NCBI RefSeq assembly: GCF_046119375.1
Contig: NW_027362763.1
Span: 183,272,001 to 183,336,000, forward strand
Length of the DNA stretch: 64,000 nt
Direction: 5' to 3'
Source of the DNA: Phyllobates terribilis
Taxonomy: Eukaryota
A program made the translations under genes and the position numbers. Below the pieces are notes generated by a model, which was given only the letters and a program-made list of their open reading frames with translations, made no database searches and had not been told where the DNA came from. Numbering within the stretch: position 1 is the stretch's first letter; each line of letters opens with the position of its first letter. Positions 37,947 to 51,218 of the stretch are shown piece by piece.

Positions 37947-39944
37947 CCAACATAGCTCTACTGTTCCAAGGTGCTGTTCGCACACTTGGCTCTGTTGCAT
38001 CCAGCTTATCCATCTACGCTGTCCTACACCATGCCGGGAGTCAACTTGCTATCTAACTTTGCTGTTCCACTTGCTGTCCAGTTATCCAGCTCTACTGTAT
38101 CTCAGTGTACCAATGCCTTTGATCCAAGTTGTTCATGTCATCTACAGGTTGCAGAAAATCTTACACTTGCATTACAGCGCTTAAAACCAGTGCATGCGTT
38201 CAGTGTTGCCGTTGTGTGGACAGAGCAATCAATTCTGGACTGTGCATGCATTGGTTCCGGTTGCCTAGGTAGAAACGCAGACCAAAATTGAAAAATTTCT
38301 CCACACAAGCGCACTGTGCATAGGCTGGTTTTCAATTCTACGGCAATCAATAAACAAGTGGTGGATCTAATGAGAATTGACCAAGACATTTAGACGATCG
38401 GGATATGCCTAGCAGGTACTTAAGCCCTCATCTGCATGCAGTGTACTCGCAAATGGTGGAGAGAGTGGTTTATAGGACATATGTGAACATGTTCCCAATT
38501 TAAATTATGTCCAACCGTGGAGACCCATATATTAAAAGAATTAATAGTGTTCACTGTATTGTGGAAAAATAACTGCATTGCGGTAGACAAAATGGGATCA
38601 AATGCAGTCAGAGACAGAGACACAGAATTTAGGACTAAATAGGGCTTCTCCTATTCTTTATTGTTGGTGAACAAAATAAATGTAAAGTCTTTACATCCAG
38701 GAACAAAATGTAAATTAATTCCTGCTTGGATGAAAACTAAGTACATCAACTACCCTGACTATAGGAGCGACCCTTCTGGAGGTCTGTGCACAAGGAGTTT
38801 TTTGAATTTTGAGGGATTTTTTAGCAAATTCACTATAAAACTGCTGAAAATGGTTTTGAAAACTCTTGAAAGACTCTTCTTATTCATTTCGACTTTAAAA
38901 ACAATGTCCTGTCCATATGTTCAGTCTATTGAGTGTTTTTTCTGCTTCAGACTTTGAAATAACTTTGGTGGGAAAAAAGAAAGTAGCTATGTACACACAG
39001 AGTTTTCCGAGGAGTTTTTGGACCTGAAATGGAGTGGAAACTCCAAGATTTTGAGGAATTTTGAGTTTTTGAGGAGGATTTGCAGAGTTTCCCCTCAGTT
39101 CCCATCTCCAAAAAGACTCTGTGTGCACATACCCACTTCCTGATTAAATCCGCTAAAATCTAGGCACTAAAATCTTTTTAAAAAATTAAAAAGGCTGCAA
39201 AAAAAACACTTTAGGGCTATCTGCATGTAGAGTTTTTCAAGGAGTTGTTGGAGCAGCACCTAAGCGAAAGGTGTGTTGAAACTCTCCAAATCCTCCTCAA
39301 AAGCTAAAAACTGCTCAAAAACTTTGACATTCTGCTCAGTTTCTGCACTAAAATCTCAGCAAAAAGACTTTGTGTCAAAATAGCCTAGGAAAATAAAGTC
39401 TTTAAAAATACTTCAAGACAAGAAAAACATCTCCAAAAACTCCTCAAAGAAGTAGTTTTCTGAAAGATTTTGCACTTGAAAACTCATGGTTTTTGACTGC
39501 CTCCAAAAAACTCTGGATGCACATACCCAACAGTCTCTTGAACCTTCTGTCCCAACAGTTTTTCACCTGTAATGAGTTACGGTAGCTCAACATCTATACT
39601 GACAGGTCTACAGAGAAAACCAGGCCCGGAAGCAGAATTTACTAAAGCCCTTAGCAAAACGATACTTTGCTAAGTATATCCAGCTTTCTTTGATGCATTA
39701 TATAGTTAATGGAGCCTAGTATGATTCTTCAGGAAATTTCGCAATTCCCAACCAACTGTCCTTTCACTCTCTCTGAGTACGTACAGCAAAAATCCAGTAA
39801 TTCATCATTTTGGCAAAGTTTCATGTCTATTAAACTTGTAAAACAAAAGTCACACATGTTATATATCTAGAACATATTTTCCACATGCCCTTAATTCCTC
39901 CTTTTGGGAGTATGGCCCATTCAAAGTATCAAGACAAGGCCCTA

Positions 39945-40800
39945 CAATTATTATTATTATTATTATTTATTTTTAGAATACCATTGATTTCATGGTGCTT
40001 TATCGTGTGAAAAGAGCTTACATACAAAATACAAGTATAAATTACAATGAACAAACTAACAATGATAGACTGGACCAAAGGGGGAGAGGGAGTAATGGAG
40101 AAGGAGATAGCAGGTTCGGAGGTTGCAGTTGCTCCGGTGGTGGTGAGGTGGCAGAGGGGTTATTGCAGGCTGTAAACTTTCTTGAATAAGATGGGTTTTC
40201 AAGTTCCATATGAATGTGGTGGATAATTGGACATGTTAGGGCACGGAATTCCAGAGAATGGAGGATACTCGGGAGAATTCTGGGAGGCAACTGGGTAAGG
40301 AACGTATGAGTGTGGAGGAGAGAAGATATATGGAGGAGACAGATTATGGATAGCCTTGTAGGTCAGTGTTAATAGTTTGAACTGGATTTGTTGTGGAATT
40401 GGGAGCCAAAGAAGGGATTGGTAGAGGCGATAAGTGGAGGAATAAAGAGGAGAAAGGTGGATTAATCGGGCAGCAGAGATAAGGATGGACTGAAGAGGTG
40501 CAAGAGTGTTAGTTGGGAGGTCACAGAGGAGGATATTGCAGTAGTTGAGGTGGGAGATGATGAGGGCATGCACTAACATTTTAGTGGATTCAGGGTTGAG
40601 GAAAAGACGGATTCTGGAGATATTTTTGAGTTGGAGGCAGCAAGGGGTGGTAAGGGCTTAGATGTGTGATTAAAAGACATGGCAGAGTCAAGGGTTACTC
40701 CGAGGCAGCAAACTTCTTTTTACAGGGGAAAGTATGATGTAATTTATTGTGATAGATAAATCGGGGTAGGAGAGTTGAATGTGGTGAAGGAATTATGTCC
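39945..40800 (-). mobile_element. L2 LINE 3' fragment
   Basis: LVHALIISHLNYCNILLCDLP...LQSILISAARLIH is the L2 ORF2 C-terminus; (AAT)n tail at ~39945-39970. Confidence 0.85.
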
Positions 40801-42542
40801 CATTACCATATACTAAATGGATTTGATCTGCGATTTTCTGATGGCTTTTGTCTCCCTAGTAAACAGGTAGCAGGATGTTTGTGGATTTTTGGCAATTAGT
40901 GTGCGGTAAGAACTCTGATTAAATGACCACAACTTATAAATGTTGGCCAGCCGACCGGGAACTCTTCCCATCCTCACCGCCATCTGAACACTGAGGAAGC
41001 AGGAGATCATACACAAGTCAGGTTTGGCTGAATGCTGGAAGGAAATGTAAGGATTTGGTTACTTGTTTACTTGGGCGCTTAGATGTGCGTATTCGACAGA
41101 AGCGAATGCATGGTGTGCTTCACATGTAGACCATTCATAGGTGTATATGACCTGTACCATGTACTGACACATCATCTTGTCTCAGATCCTCCAGACTGAC
41201 ATCTGAAAAGGTTGCCGGCACCGGTGTCTTCCTCGCTAGCTTATTCCGGCTGACCTTTCTTTGTAACAGTGTCACTTGCAGTGTATGCAGTTGTGGATCC
41301 TCCTGAGATTTGTCTCAATGGAGATGATTTGATGTGAAGTGACATCCAGTCAAGAAAAAGGGGAGCATTAACTCCATCTTTGCCAGGTTTTATTGTGATT
41401 GGGAATAATAAACTATACTGTATGACATCATTCAACTCATCCTTCGCATTGCCCGTCACTTTATGTAGGCGTGATAAATTAAATTGGACATTTCAGTTGG
41501 TTTTTTTTTGCACTTATTGCTGTAGGCATTGCCTTAGCAAGAATATGATAAAGTGTTATGGTAGAGATAAGGAAGATGAACAGGAGACAGTAAAGGAGAG
41601 AGGACAAGGAATGTGTATGGGAGATGTAGAGAACTTAATGGTCCTCCAGGGAAAAAAAGAGACCACAACATATCTGGCTGCAGATTGTGCAGGCACCTGT
41701 CACAGACTGAAAGACGCCCGGCAAACCCAGGAGACTCGCATACCTTCAATGTAATAGTAAAGAAACCTTTTCTACAGAACCCTTTAATGCACCGCATCCC
41801 CCTGTCACAATACGATGTCAGCAGTCATCTGATTTCTGCCGCACCAGTAAAGAATATCGGGACAAGATTAAAAAAAAATAATTAAATCAAAAAATATAAT
41901 AAAGTCTTTTCTACAATTTAATAGATAATTGGGAGAGGTGAATATTAAAGTTATTTGACAAAAAAGATATTTTCTGAAAGTATTATTATCTTGCAAAACA
42001 GAAGACAAAGCGTGGAATCATCAGATCTAGGATGAGCGCTGGCCCAGATCCTAATCATAACTCTATGGGGAGAATGGAAAACTCCACAGTCATAAATCTC
42101 AGCCCACACTCGGGCAGCTCCGTAATCAATTCCTGCGAGCTCGCATCCACTGAATAAGCAGCTCTCATCTGCACTGTTACTGTATACACCATGCATAAAG
42201 TGAAGAACGGTGGAAGGATCAGGCCTCATTCACAGGGGGGGGGGGGTTGCAACTGTTATGAAATGCCATTAATTACCCATGTGGTGTTTTTCTTGCAAAA
42301 TATTAAATAAACAACAATAGTAAAAAAAAATAAAATGCATCACATACAAGGCTTTCTTTTTGCTCTTTTGGTGTGTTTTTTTAGGGGCTAATCTGTAGGG
42401 ATTTTTTTTTTCAAAATCAGAGTTTCAGGAGATTGCTAACATAATTCTGGTAGGTTAGGGTCACACAGTATTTTCTCTCATCCAAGAGAATCGGGACGAT
42501 TAAGCTAATAACACTCTGATCAGAGTTTTATAAGAGTATGAC

Positions 42543-42781
42543 TAGGGATGAGTGGACTCGTGAAAGTTCGGGTTCTGGTACTTGACCCAAGCTATATTCC
42601 AAAGTTTGATTCGGGTACCAGAACTGTACCTGATCTTGAACTAGAACCCGAAACCCATTGAAAACAATAAGGACCCAAACTTTTGAGCTGGAAAATTTTC
42701 TTTCTCCTTCTCCTTTTCCCGGAACTCCGAACATTGCAATGGACTTCCACGGACTTTTAAGTTCGGGTTCACTCATCTCTA
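42543..42781. mobile_element. hAT-type MITE
   Basis: TAGGGATGAG...CTCATCTCTA with TSD agtatgac/agtatgat. Confidence 0.8.
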
Positions 42782-44446
42782 AGTATGATCGCAGTAAGAT
42801 CCAATTTTCCCGGATGAAGGGAATATGGGAAAAAAATTCTCCATTCTGTTAGTCAGTGAAAATCGAACTGTACTTGAATGCACTCAGATGTCATCCAAGT
42901 GCAGTCCAATGTTTTCCACTGACCCGATGGCTTGCATGGCAGAGTGTCATACAATAATAAGATCCAACTCCTGCACGCTGAAATATTTTTTTAGGACAGC
43001 CTCTGTCCGAGGAAAAAATCATGTACACGGCACAATAGAATAACATTGGTCGTGTGCAAGAGCCCTTAGGCTTCTCTATTGGACTTGATTAATGCTTTAT
43101 ATGCAGTAAATATTTTTGAAATTGCAGAAAAAGTTCCCAAATTTCTCACCTCCAAATTTTATAAGATGTGCACTCACCCCCTCCTCAGCTCTTTAAAAGT
43201 TGTGGCAATTTGAAGGAAGTGAACACCGATTCTGCTCTGGACCTGAAACATCAATCAGGCCCGTGGCAGCGCTTCCTCTTCTTTTTGTTATATTACAGTA
43301 TGTTTATGTGGTTTTTTTTTAGTAGTCGCACATATATCTCAGACCTAACGTGACGCGGGTAGAGCCGGCACTGCAATATGTCATATCCCAATGCTTGACA
43401 GATATCATCAAATACAAATTCTACATCTAAACTTCCTCCAGAGATGTATTTTACACCACTACAGCTGACACTTCTGCTCCTGCAGATAATTTCTTCCAGA
43501 ACGTTGTGTCGTTCTCCTCTACATCTGCTACAAATCTACTCGGTCAATAAATATAAAAGCCAAGCTACACAGCTCTGATACAACCGGATTTTCAGATAAG
43601 AGATACCACCTCCACAATCAATCCAGAAACTCTGTAGGATGAAAAACCCCACAAGTTCTTCATCAGGTACCTATTAGTGCTTGTCCAGCGCTCCACGTCG
43701 CCCCCTGTCTGTCACCAGTCATCTCTTCTTATGGTAGATTCAAGTGACTCCTGTGGCATAGACGGGATAATGCGATATGACATATGTGGTAGATCTGATG
43801 GGGCAGCCGCGGACACAAATGCCATCTTATCAGCTGGCAGTGTACATATGGCGTCCCGTCTCTCCTCCCTGCAGACCAGCTGCTCCCCACTTGACTCCTT
43901 ATCCCCATGCTGTCATCTCTTCTCTCTGTCACTATGATGCCAATTAACCTGTGTACTGGGACATTGCGGGAGAGAAGACCCTCAGCAAACATGCACTCTC
44001 TGCTGATTTATTCCTCCCTCTACTCAGCCTCTTAGCACCATGACGGCTGTGACAGCGGGCACATCCCAGCGACATATATCAGAGGTGTATTAATAATTAA
44101 TAAATGTACGTATTACTGGATGCAATTTACTCCCAAAATGCATATTTTCACTGGGCCAAAAAGAAATTCTAGTTTCACCATGTACATTTCCAATATATTC
44201 AGCACGTATAAACCAAACTAAAAATAGAATTCATGCAGTTATTTCAGATTTTTTGTTTTTGGAGTTAAATATGGATTGTGATTAGTGATGAGCGCAAGTG
44301 CTCGTTACTGGAGTTTGCCGAGGGTGCTCGGGTATGCACCGAGTATCGCGGGTGCTCGAGTGACGTGTTCGAGTCCCCGCGCCACCAGGTTCCCGACGCT
44401 GTTAGAAAGCCACAAAATGTGTAAGGGGTAAAAATCAGAATCTCAA

Positions 44447-44491
44447 TTTGCAGACACGGTGTTTTGGGCTATTGCCCCTCTTCAGTGCAAA
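44447..44491 (-). ncRNA. Hammerhead copy with a G12-to-A change (predicted inactive)
   Basis: Reverse complement reads TTTGCA-CTGAAGA-GGGGCAATAGCCC-AAAACACCGTGTC-TGCAAA; GAAA has become AAAA at 44465. Confidence 0.8.
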
Positions 44492-44724
44492 GTATGAGAA
44501 CTGATTTGGCTAGTTGAGTGGCTCTGCACTGAGATCTAAGGGGTAACGTTTCTCCTTGTGGAGAGTGACACACCGGCTCTGGCACGTCAAGGTAAGGAGG
44601 CTTATTCGTCGTGCAATGCTCCTCTGGGAAATTTAATATGTAAATTGCCTCTTCAGAGAAAAAGAGGACTCAAACTCTATAGCGAGAAACGTTACCCCTT
44701 AGACCTCACTCCAGAGCCTCTCAC

Positions 44725-44769
44725 TTTGCACTGACGAGGGCCAACAGCCCGAAACACTGTGTCTGCAAA
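44725..44769 (+). ncRNA. Type I hammerhead ribozyme, copy 1
   Basis: TTTGCA-CTGACGA-GGGC(CAACA)GCCC-GAA-ACAC(T)GTGT-C-TGCAAA. All core nucleotides present; predicted cleavage after C44763. Confidence 0.9.
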
Positions 44770-44902
44770 TTGAGATTCTGATTTGTCTTTTATCCTAAGT
44801 CATATTGCACGACTCGTTAAAGGATTGATTGTGACTTGTAGGATTGCTGCTTTCAAAAGATGGTGCTATAGAGTACAAGTCCTCTTTTTCTCTGAAGAGG
44901 CA

Positions 44903-44995
44903 ATTTGCATATTAAATTTCCCAGAGGAGCATTGCATGGCAAATAAGCCTCCTTACCTTGACGTGCCAGAGCTGGTCTGTCACTCTCTATAAGGA
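44903..44995 (+). promoter_or_regulatory. Candidate snRNA-type promoter module inside the 332-nt unit
   Basis: Perfect octamer ATTTGCAT (44903-10), then SPH/ZNF143-like TTCCCAGAGGAGCATTGC (44918-35; one extra nt versus consensus), then a weak PSE-like CTCTC(T/C)A(T/C)AAG near 44982. Confidence 0.4.
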
Positions 44996-45056
44996 GAAAC
45001 ATTACCCCTTAGATCTCAGTCCAGAGCCACTCAACTAGCCAAATCAGTTCTCATAC

Positions 45057-45101
45057 TTTGCACTGAAGAGGGGCAATAGCCCGAAACACCGTGTCTGCAA
45101 A
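45057..45101 (+). ncRNA. Type I hammerhead ribozyme, copy 2
   Basis: TTTGCA-CTGAAGA-GGG(GCAATAG)CCC-GAA-ACAC(C)GTGT-C-TGCAAA; predicted cleavage after C45095. Confidence 0.88.
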
Positions 45102-45891
45102 TTGAGATTCTGATTTGGCTTTTATCCTAAGTCATATTGCACGACTCGTTAAAGGGTTGATTGTGACTTGTAGGATTGCTGCCTCCAATAGGTGGCGCTA
45201 TAGAGTACAAGTCCTCTTTTTCTCTGAAGAGGCAATTTGCACACAAAATATGTAGAGATTGCAAGACAATCATGGGCAATCCCCGCATGTTTTGTGGCTG
45301 TCTAACACGTGGCCAAGGGGACGCGAACATCTCACCGGCGTCCCTACGATACTCAGTGCATACCCGAGCACCCAAGGCAAACTAAAGTAACGAGCACTTG
45401 CACTCATCACAACTAATTGGGATGAGATAATACATCAGATCTCCGTGAAGTCCCATGTAGAACCCGATGATATAGAATATCATAATGAACTGTGCCTTAG
45501 GGTCTGATTACCGGGACTGATCGGCGGCTCTAAATATCTACCGATTGGCGGTTGTTTATTTGCTGTTTACATAGGCAGACTGCTTACTAAGATGAGAACT
45601 GACCGATAAATTGCTCTTTGCGCCTAAGCTACTATTGTTCTCGGCAGCACAATTCATGTTTACACAGGACGATGTGCTGTCGAGAACAATAATTATTTTT
45701 AAGCCTGCTTAAAAATCATTTCACCAGACAATCGAGCATTTTGCTCATTTAGCGGGTGATCAGCAGCCAGTTTACACTGCAGGATTGTCGGGAAAGAGCG
45801 TGGTCCTAGAAACGTTCACGATAACCTTTCAGTGTAAATGCGCGTTAAGTCATCTACTAAACATAACTGACACTTAAAACTGTATACGTAA

Positions 45892-46450
45892 AGGGGTTCT
45901 CCCATGAACAAAAGTACAGTTTAATCAATAGATCTTAGAACAATAATAAGTTCTACAATTGGATGTGTTTAAATAAAAAGTTCCTGTGCTGAGATAATCT
46001 TATAAATGTGCCGCTGCTGTGTACTGTGTAATGGCTGTGTCTGACCGTGCAGGAACATGGTCTGATCATACCACATCTCCTGGGCAGGGGAGGAAGAAAG
46101 AGAGTATACAGACAGGACAGCACAGGATCACAGCTGATTCTTTTTCTGTAAGGTAGAACATTTCCCTGCCTGTTTTTAAACAATGTTTTACCTCAAAGAA
46201 AGAATTATTTGTGATCCCGTGCTGTAATGTCTGTATACTCTCTTGCATCCGCCCCTGCCCAGGAGCTGTGGTATGATCAGACCATGTTCCTGTACGGTCA
46301 GAGACAGCCATTACACAGTACACAGCAGGGGCACATATATAAGATTATCTCAGCACAGGGACATTTTAATTAAACTCATCCAATTGTGGAAATTATTATT
46401 ATTCCAAGATCTATTGATTAAAATTAACTTTTGTTCGTGGGAAAACCCCT
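45892..46450. mobile_element. Palindromic T2-type MITE
   Basis: AGGGGTTCTCCCATGAAC...GTTCGTGGGAAAACCCCT|TTAA. Confidence 0.88.
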
Positions 46451-46514
46451 TTAAGGAAATAAAGCTGAGGATCAGCTGACAGGACTGACATCTGTCTGAG
46501 ATGGTTTAGTGAAT

Positions 46515-46590
46515 CCTGCATTGAGCAGGGGGTTGTACCAGATGACCCTGGAGGCCCCTTCCAACTCTAACATTCTAGGATTCTATGATC
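46515..46590 (+). mobile_element. CR1 3' terminal fragment
   Basis: GGGGTTG...AGATGACCCTGGAGGCCCCTTCCAACTCTAACATTCTAGGATTCTATGAT has the CR1 3' UTR and ATTCTRTG tail. Confidence 0.8.
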
Positions 46591-48559
46591 AACTGTAAAT
46601 GGTCTCTGTAGTTTCAGACAACTTGATCTCAACTGATAGAAAGTGTGTTAAGTAGGCAATCTGCAAATCATTATATGTAAATATAATGTTGCCTTACCCC
46701 AGAAAAATCCATCCAAAGTGCCGATCACTAAGTGTTCCCTTGCTCTCAAGTGTAATTTGTCTCTACCTACACACCCCCAAATACAGATTACAAGAAGGGG
46801 GACTTTGCTTTATCTCTCTACAGGAAGTGGGATGGAAGTCCTTATCTCTACAGGAAGTGGTGGCCTGTCATTCTCTCTCTGCTCCTGCTCTCCTGTCTGA
46901 CAGACTGCATCAGGGCATAACAGAGACACAGGCTTTCAGTTCAGGGTAGCCATACCATTGGATTATGCCAGTAACAATCCATGCTGGGAAGAGAAAGGTA
47001 GTTCCTGCTCCTATAGTGCTGACAATATATTGATCAAGAAATGCCCATTTAAAAAGACTAGAGGTCAAGTTACAGAGCATGAGAATTGTGACATTTCCTG
47101 TACATGTCAGGCAAGTATGTGCCCAAAAGTAGTTTTAACTTGTTTGGGGTGATAGAGGCAACAAGACCATGCTTGTCTGCAAATTTTGTGTGAAAGAACA
47201 GACATGGGGCACACCATTCTACCTGCAATCTATAACACATATTGTCTAGACCAGGGTATCCCAAACTCCAGCCGTCACGGCCCCCCACAGTTCATGTTTT
47301 CAGGATTAATTGATTAATTTTGGAAAATACATAGACTGGTCTAGGAGAGATACCCATTATATACATGAGGATGTGCTGCTTGGACTGTAGTTGCATTAGC
47401 ACAAGCTACGGCTGCACAGTGACAAGTCTTATCTATGTGCACGGACATAATGGAGGATCGCACATGACATGATTAATATCGTGCTCATGTAATGACATGA
47501 ATATACTGTATATCTATTCTTCGATAGACTGAACCCAAGACCCGACCTTATACACCAGTCTATAGATAAGGGTGGCGTCTCCATCCACCTGACCGCTCTT
47601 ACCTCCAAACAGCTCGTCAGCTATTTAGCATTTCAATGTGGTGACATAAAGGCTCGATAACCCGAGGGGTCAATAATTAATTAACGTTCAGAGTGATTAA
47701 TGGGAACAGCTATAGAGCGCGGTATGCAATATGAAAGGAGGTAGGGCCTGAACATCGATGTCCATATAACCCGATGACACGGCCGCAAGGTTGTTGGGAT
47801 TGATGGGAGGTTGATGTAGAAAGGGGGCTGGGAGACCCTAATGGAGTTGCAAGGATAATCCCAGGAGACAGATAGCAGGTTTAAAGTGCAAATTGGAGAA
47901 ATTAAGCAGAGAATATCTGCATCGGAGCATGAATCTGTAATGAGCCCTGGGCCACCTGGAGCCATATGGGCGTACAGGAGTGTCAGGTCAATGTGTGGAG
48001 AAGAATGATCCATGGCTGTACTCTTCCTATGGTGAGATAAAGATCACATTAATACAATAGGATGCATGTGCACAGGAGACATATACATTTATATTCTGCA
48101 TGCGCCGCACATGTAGTGCCGCCATAAATCTAACGTCCGGCCAACAAATCTCTGTAAGATATTCTGGCTTGAATGAATAAAAATGATAATGAAGCCAGAG
48201 GGTGCTGGTTCATGGAGGGGGGTAAATTGAGTATGATCTCATAAATCAGGGGGCAATAATTTATTTTTACTCATCCTTCCTCACATTACAAGCTTCCTGG
48301 TGATAGAAAAAGTCATGCTGACATTAGAAAATGTGAGGATGGGGGGTGATAATGATTTTAGTATTACTTTGCTTACGGTCATTCATTATGTCACCTTAAT
48401 CTCATTATTTCTATGCAAACACTTCCCCTGCTATGAGAGTCCACATATTGTCTAGCTGAGCCAGATCATGGCTAGATCAGGCTTATACACGTCTCCTGAT
48501 GGTTTGTGTAGACACTGTTTGCTGTCTTAGGCTTTGTATGTGACGCCTACTTACAAAGT

Positions 48560-48995
48560 GCAGAAAGGATCAATCGTGGAACCATTGATACGACCATTTC
48601 TCCACAGTGCCCCAGGAGCCGTTTTTCAACATGACAAGACCAGGCCATGAGCAGCCTGTGTGGCCTTAATGTGCTCCCATGGCCTGCAGCGTCTCCGGAT
48701 TTATCTCCTATAGAGCATATCTGTCATTGACTGGAAATTCCAAAGGGAGCTGCCAGCAGCGGATCTTGATGATTTCCCCAAGTGCACTCACTGTGGCAGA
48801 ACATTCTCCAGACAACTATTAACAACTTTATTGATAGCAGCCAAGGTGTGTAAGTGCAGGGATTTCTGCTTGTGGCGTTCATATTCTAAACTTAATAAAT
48901 AGAGCTGTTTTGAAAAATTTGTTTCCATTTTTTTATCATTTACATATCATGAACATCCATCCTGTGATTTCCTTCTTGGTGTTGCAATTTTTATG
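48560..48995 (+). mobile_element. Degraded Tc1-like 3' fragment
   Basis: Translates as GAVFQHDKTRP and WPAASPDLSPIEHI. Confidence 0.72.
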
Positions 48996-50711
48996 TTGAG
49001 GAGTGTGGCTATTTCTTTAGTTATCACACTGGTCCTTGTCCCAAGTGGGGCTCACAGAAGCCAATAACCTTGTTTAGATCAGTCTTGACCGGTCTTCTCC
49101 ATGCAGTGGCTCCCCGGCAGTCATTAGCACCTCGCATAGCAAAATAATGGTCTTGATTCTAGGTTCTTGACATGTTATGTGTACCTCAGTTGGCACAGTA
49201 CATGCCATTGTCCACAATGTGTGGTTTTCATAAGTACAGAACAGTATACAGATATATTCTTTCTTAATATGACAAAGATATCAAGAAGTGTAACACACCA
49301 TCGGACTTTAACTGAACAAGCTCAATGGCTTTTGTGGAGATAAAGGGAACCTGTTATCTGATTCATTCTGCTCGAATCACTAGCAGAATAAATTATTACA
49401 ACTGTATATGTTTTAAACCTCATTTAGATGTCGTGAAACATGGTCTGAATAAGAACCGCGATGCACAAATCGGCTGACCTGAATCTAACAGCTTCATAGG
49501 CATAAATGAGGCTGTTGAGTTCAGGTAAGGAGACCCGCGGCCAGTCCTTATTCGGACCATGTTTCCAATACATCTGAATTTGGCCTTACTCTGATACGCT
49601 ATGGCATTTCATTGCAAATATACTTTGAAAAGCCACCCAGGGATTATGTTTCTGCTTATCACCATCCCGCTCCCTTAGGGCGCCTGCAGACGAGCGTATG
49701 GAAAATTGTCCAAGTTTCATCCAAAAAACTTGGATGATTTTTTTTCTGATTTTCATGAGATTTTCATCCATGTGCCACCCGTGTGTCCGTTTTTTATGTC
49801 CGTGTCACGTCCATGTGTCCGTTTTTTATGTCCGCGTGATGTCCGTGTGCGATCCCTGTGTGGTCCGTTTTCATACTTCTACATTAAAACAAACACTTGA
49901 TCACAGACAGTTTCCTAGGTTTATAATAAAAATCTATCCATAAAAATTGGATATCACTCTGAAGGTCGATGTGGAATCCGATTTTTCTCTTGCACCCATA
50001 GACTTGAATGTGTGAGTCTCACCCAAGACTCAGAAGAAAGTAGTGCATGCTGCGATATTTTCCTAGCAGACACTCGAACCCAGAAACTAATCATTCATCT
50101 GAACAGCCCTATTGAATAACACGGGTCAGTGTCTTGTCCAATTAAACATTTACATTCCGTGAAAGAGACAACTTATTTTTCTAATAAGTTTTCCGCCCTC
50201 CCACCCCAAAAAAAGAAACAAAAATTAGGATGGTAACCCGGGTCTTTACCCAATAGTTGTGTCCTCAAGTCATTTTCAAGAGCAGTATGTTAAAAATATT
50301 GACTTAGGACGCAGTCAGACAACCGTATAAATTGGACTAAGATCAGACTGTAAAGCACGGACTGGCCGGCGGCTCTCCCGACCTGAGCGTCACACTTGCA
50401 TAAAAAGCTGTTACGCTTGGGTCGGAAGAGCCGCCGGCTAGTCCGAGCATTGCTGTCCGATCTCGGTCCGATTTATACGGCCGTCTGCACACTTATTGAG
50501 TGACTTTTCTCATACGTGAAAAAAACAGACCAGTGTTTTTGATCCAATTTTTATCAGTTTTGGGACAGTGCGTCTGTTTTTACCACCATCAGCGATTTTC
50601 TCATATGAAAGAAAAAAAATGCAAAGATTCTCATACATTACAATTCTAAAAACGGACAGCACACAGATGGCATCTATGTACCGTCTGGGTTTTCACAGAC
50701 CCAAAGACTTA

Positions 50712-51218
50712 CAGTACAGACCAAAAGTTTGGACACACCTTCTCATTTAAAGATTTTTCTGTATTTTCATGACTGTGAAAATTGTACATTCACACTGAAG
50801 GCATCAAAACTATGAATTAACACATGTGGAATTATATACTTAACAAAAAAGTGTGAAACAACTGAAAATATGTCTTATATTTTAGGTTCTTCAAAGTAGC
50901 CACCTTTTGCTTTGATGACTGCTTTGCAAACTCTTGGCATTCTCTTGATGAGCTTCAAGAGGTAGTCACCGGAAATGGTCTTCCAACAATCTTGAAGGAG
51001 TTCCCAGAGATGCTTAGCACTTGTTGGCCCTTTTGCCTTCACTCTGCGGTCCAGCTCACCCCAAACCATCTCGATTGGGTTCAGGTCTGGTGACTGTGGA
51101 GGCCAGGTCATCTGGCGTAGCACGCCATCACTCTCCTTCTTGGTCAAATAGCCCTTACACAGCCATTTTCATGAAAATACAGAAAAATGAGGTGTGTCCA
51201 AACTTTTGGTCTGTACTG
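50712..51218 (-). mobile_element. Internally deleted copy of the DD38E element (507 bp)
   Basis: Both termini with TA. It retains one full TIR and the transposase C-terminus (ORF 50875-51147, nearly identical to 18012-18527), joined at ~51165 to the outer ~55 bp of the other TIR. Confidence 0.92.

Larger units (their letters stand above)
44431..45241 (+). mobile_element. Non-LTR retrozyme / satellite-2-like array: inverted partial unit plus about 1.7 direct 332-nt units
   Basis: 44764-44910 repeats at 45096-45241 (period 332). 44431-44684 is the reverse complement of the unit. Flanked by cacaaaatgtgtaa / cacaaaatatgtag (12/14, candidate TSD). Confidence 0.8.
44283..45415. mobile_element. hAT-type MITE hosting the hammerhead array
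   Basis: TAGTGATGAGCGCAAGTGCTCG...CGAGCACTTGCACTCATCAC with TSD attgtgat/attgggat; same family as 9275-9562 and 58309-58619. Confidence 0.8.

Noticed and set aside
43655-43680. Minus-strand CTGATGA
   Set aside because: No downstream GAAAC or cleavage triplet at a usable distance.
47540-48020. 110-aa minus-strand ORF, possible L1 RT remnant
   Set aside because: No recognisable RT motif could be read in any frame.
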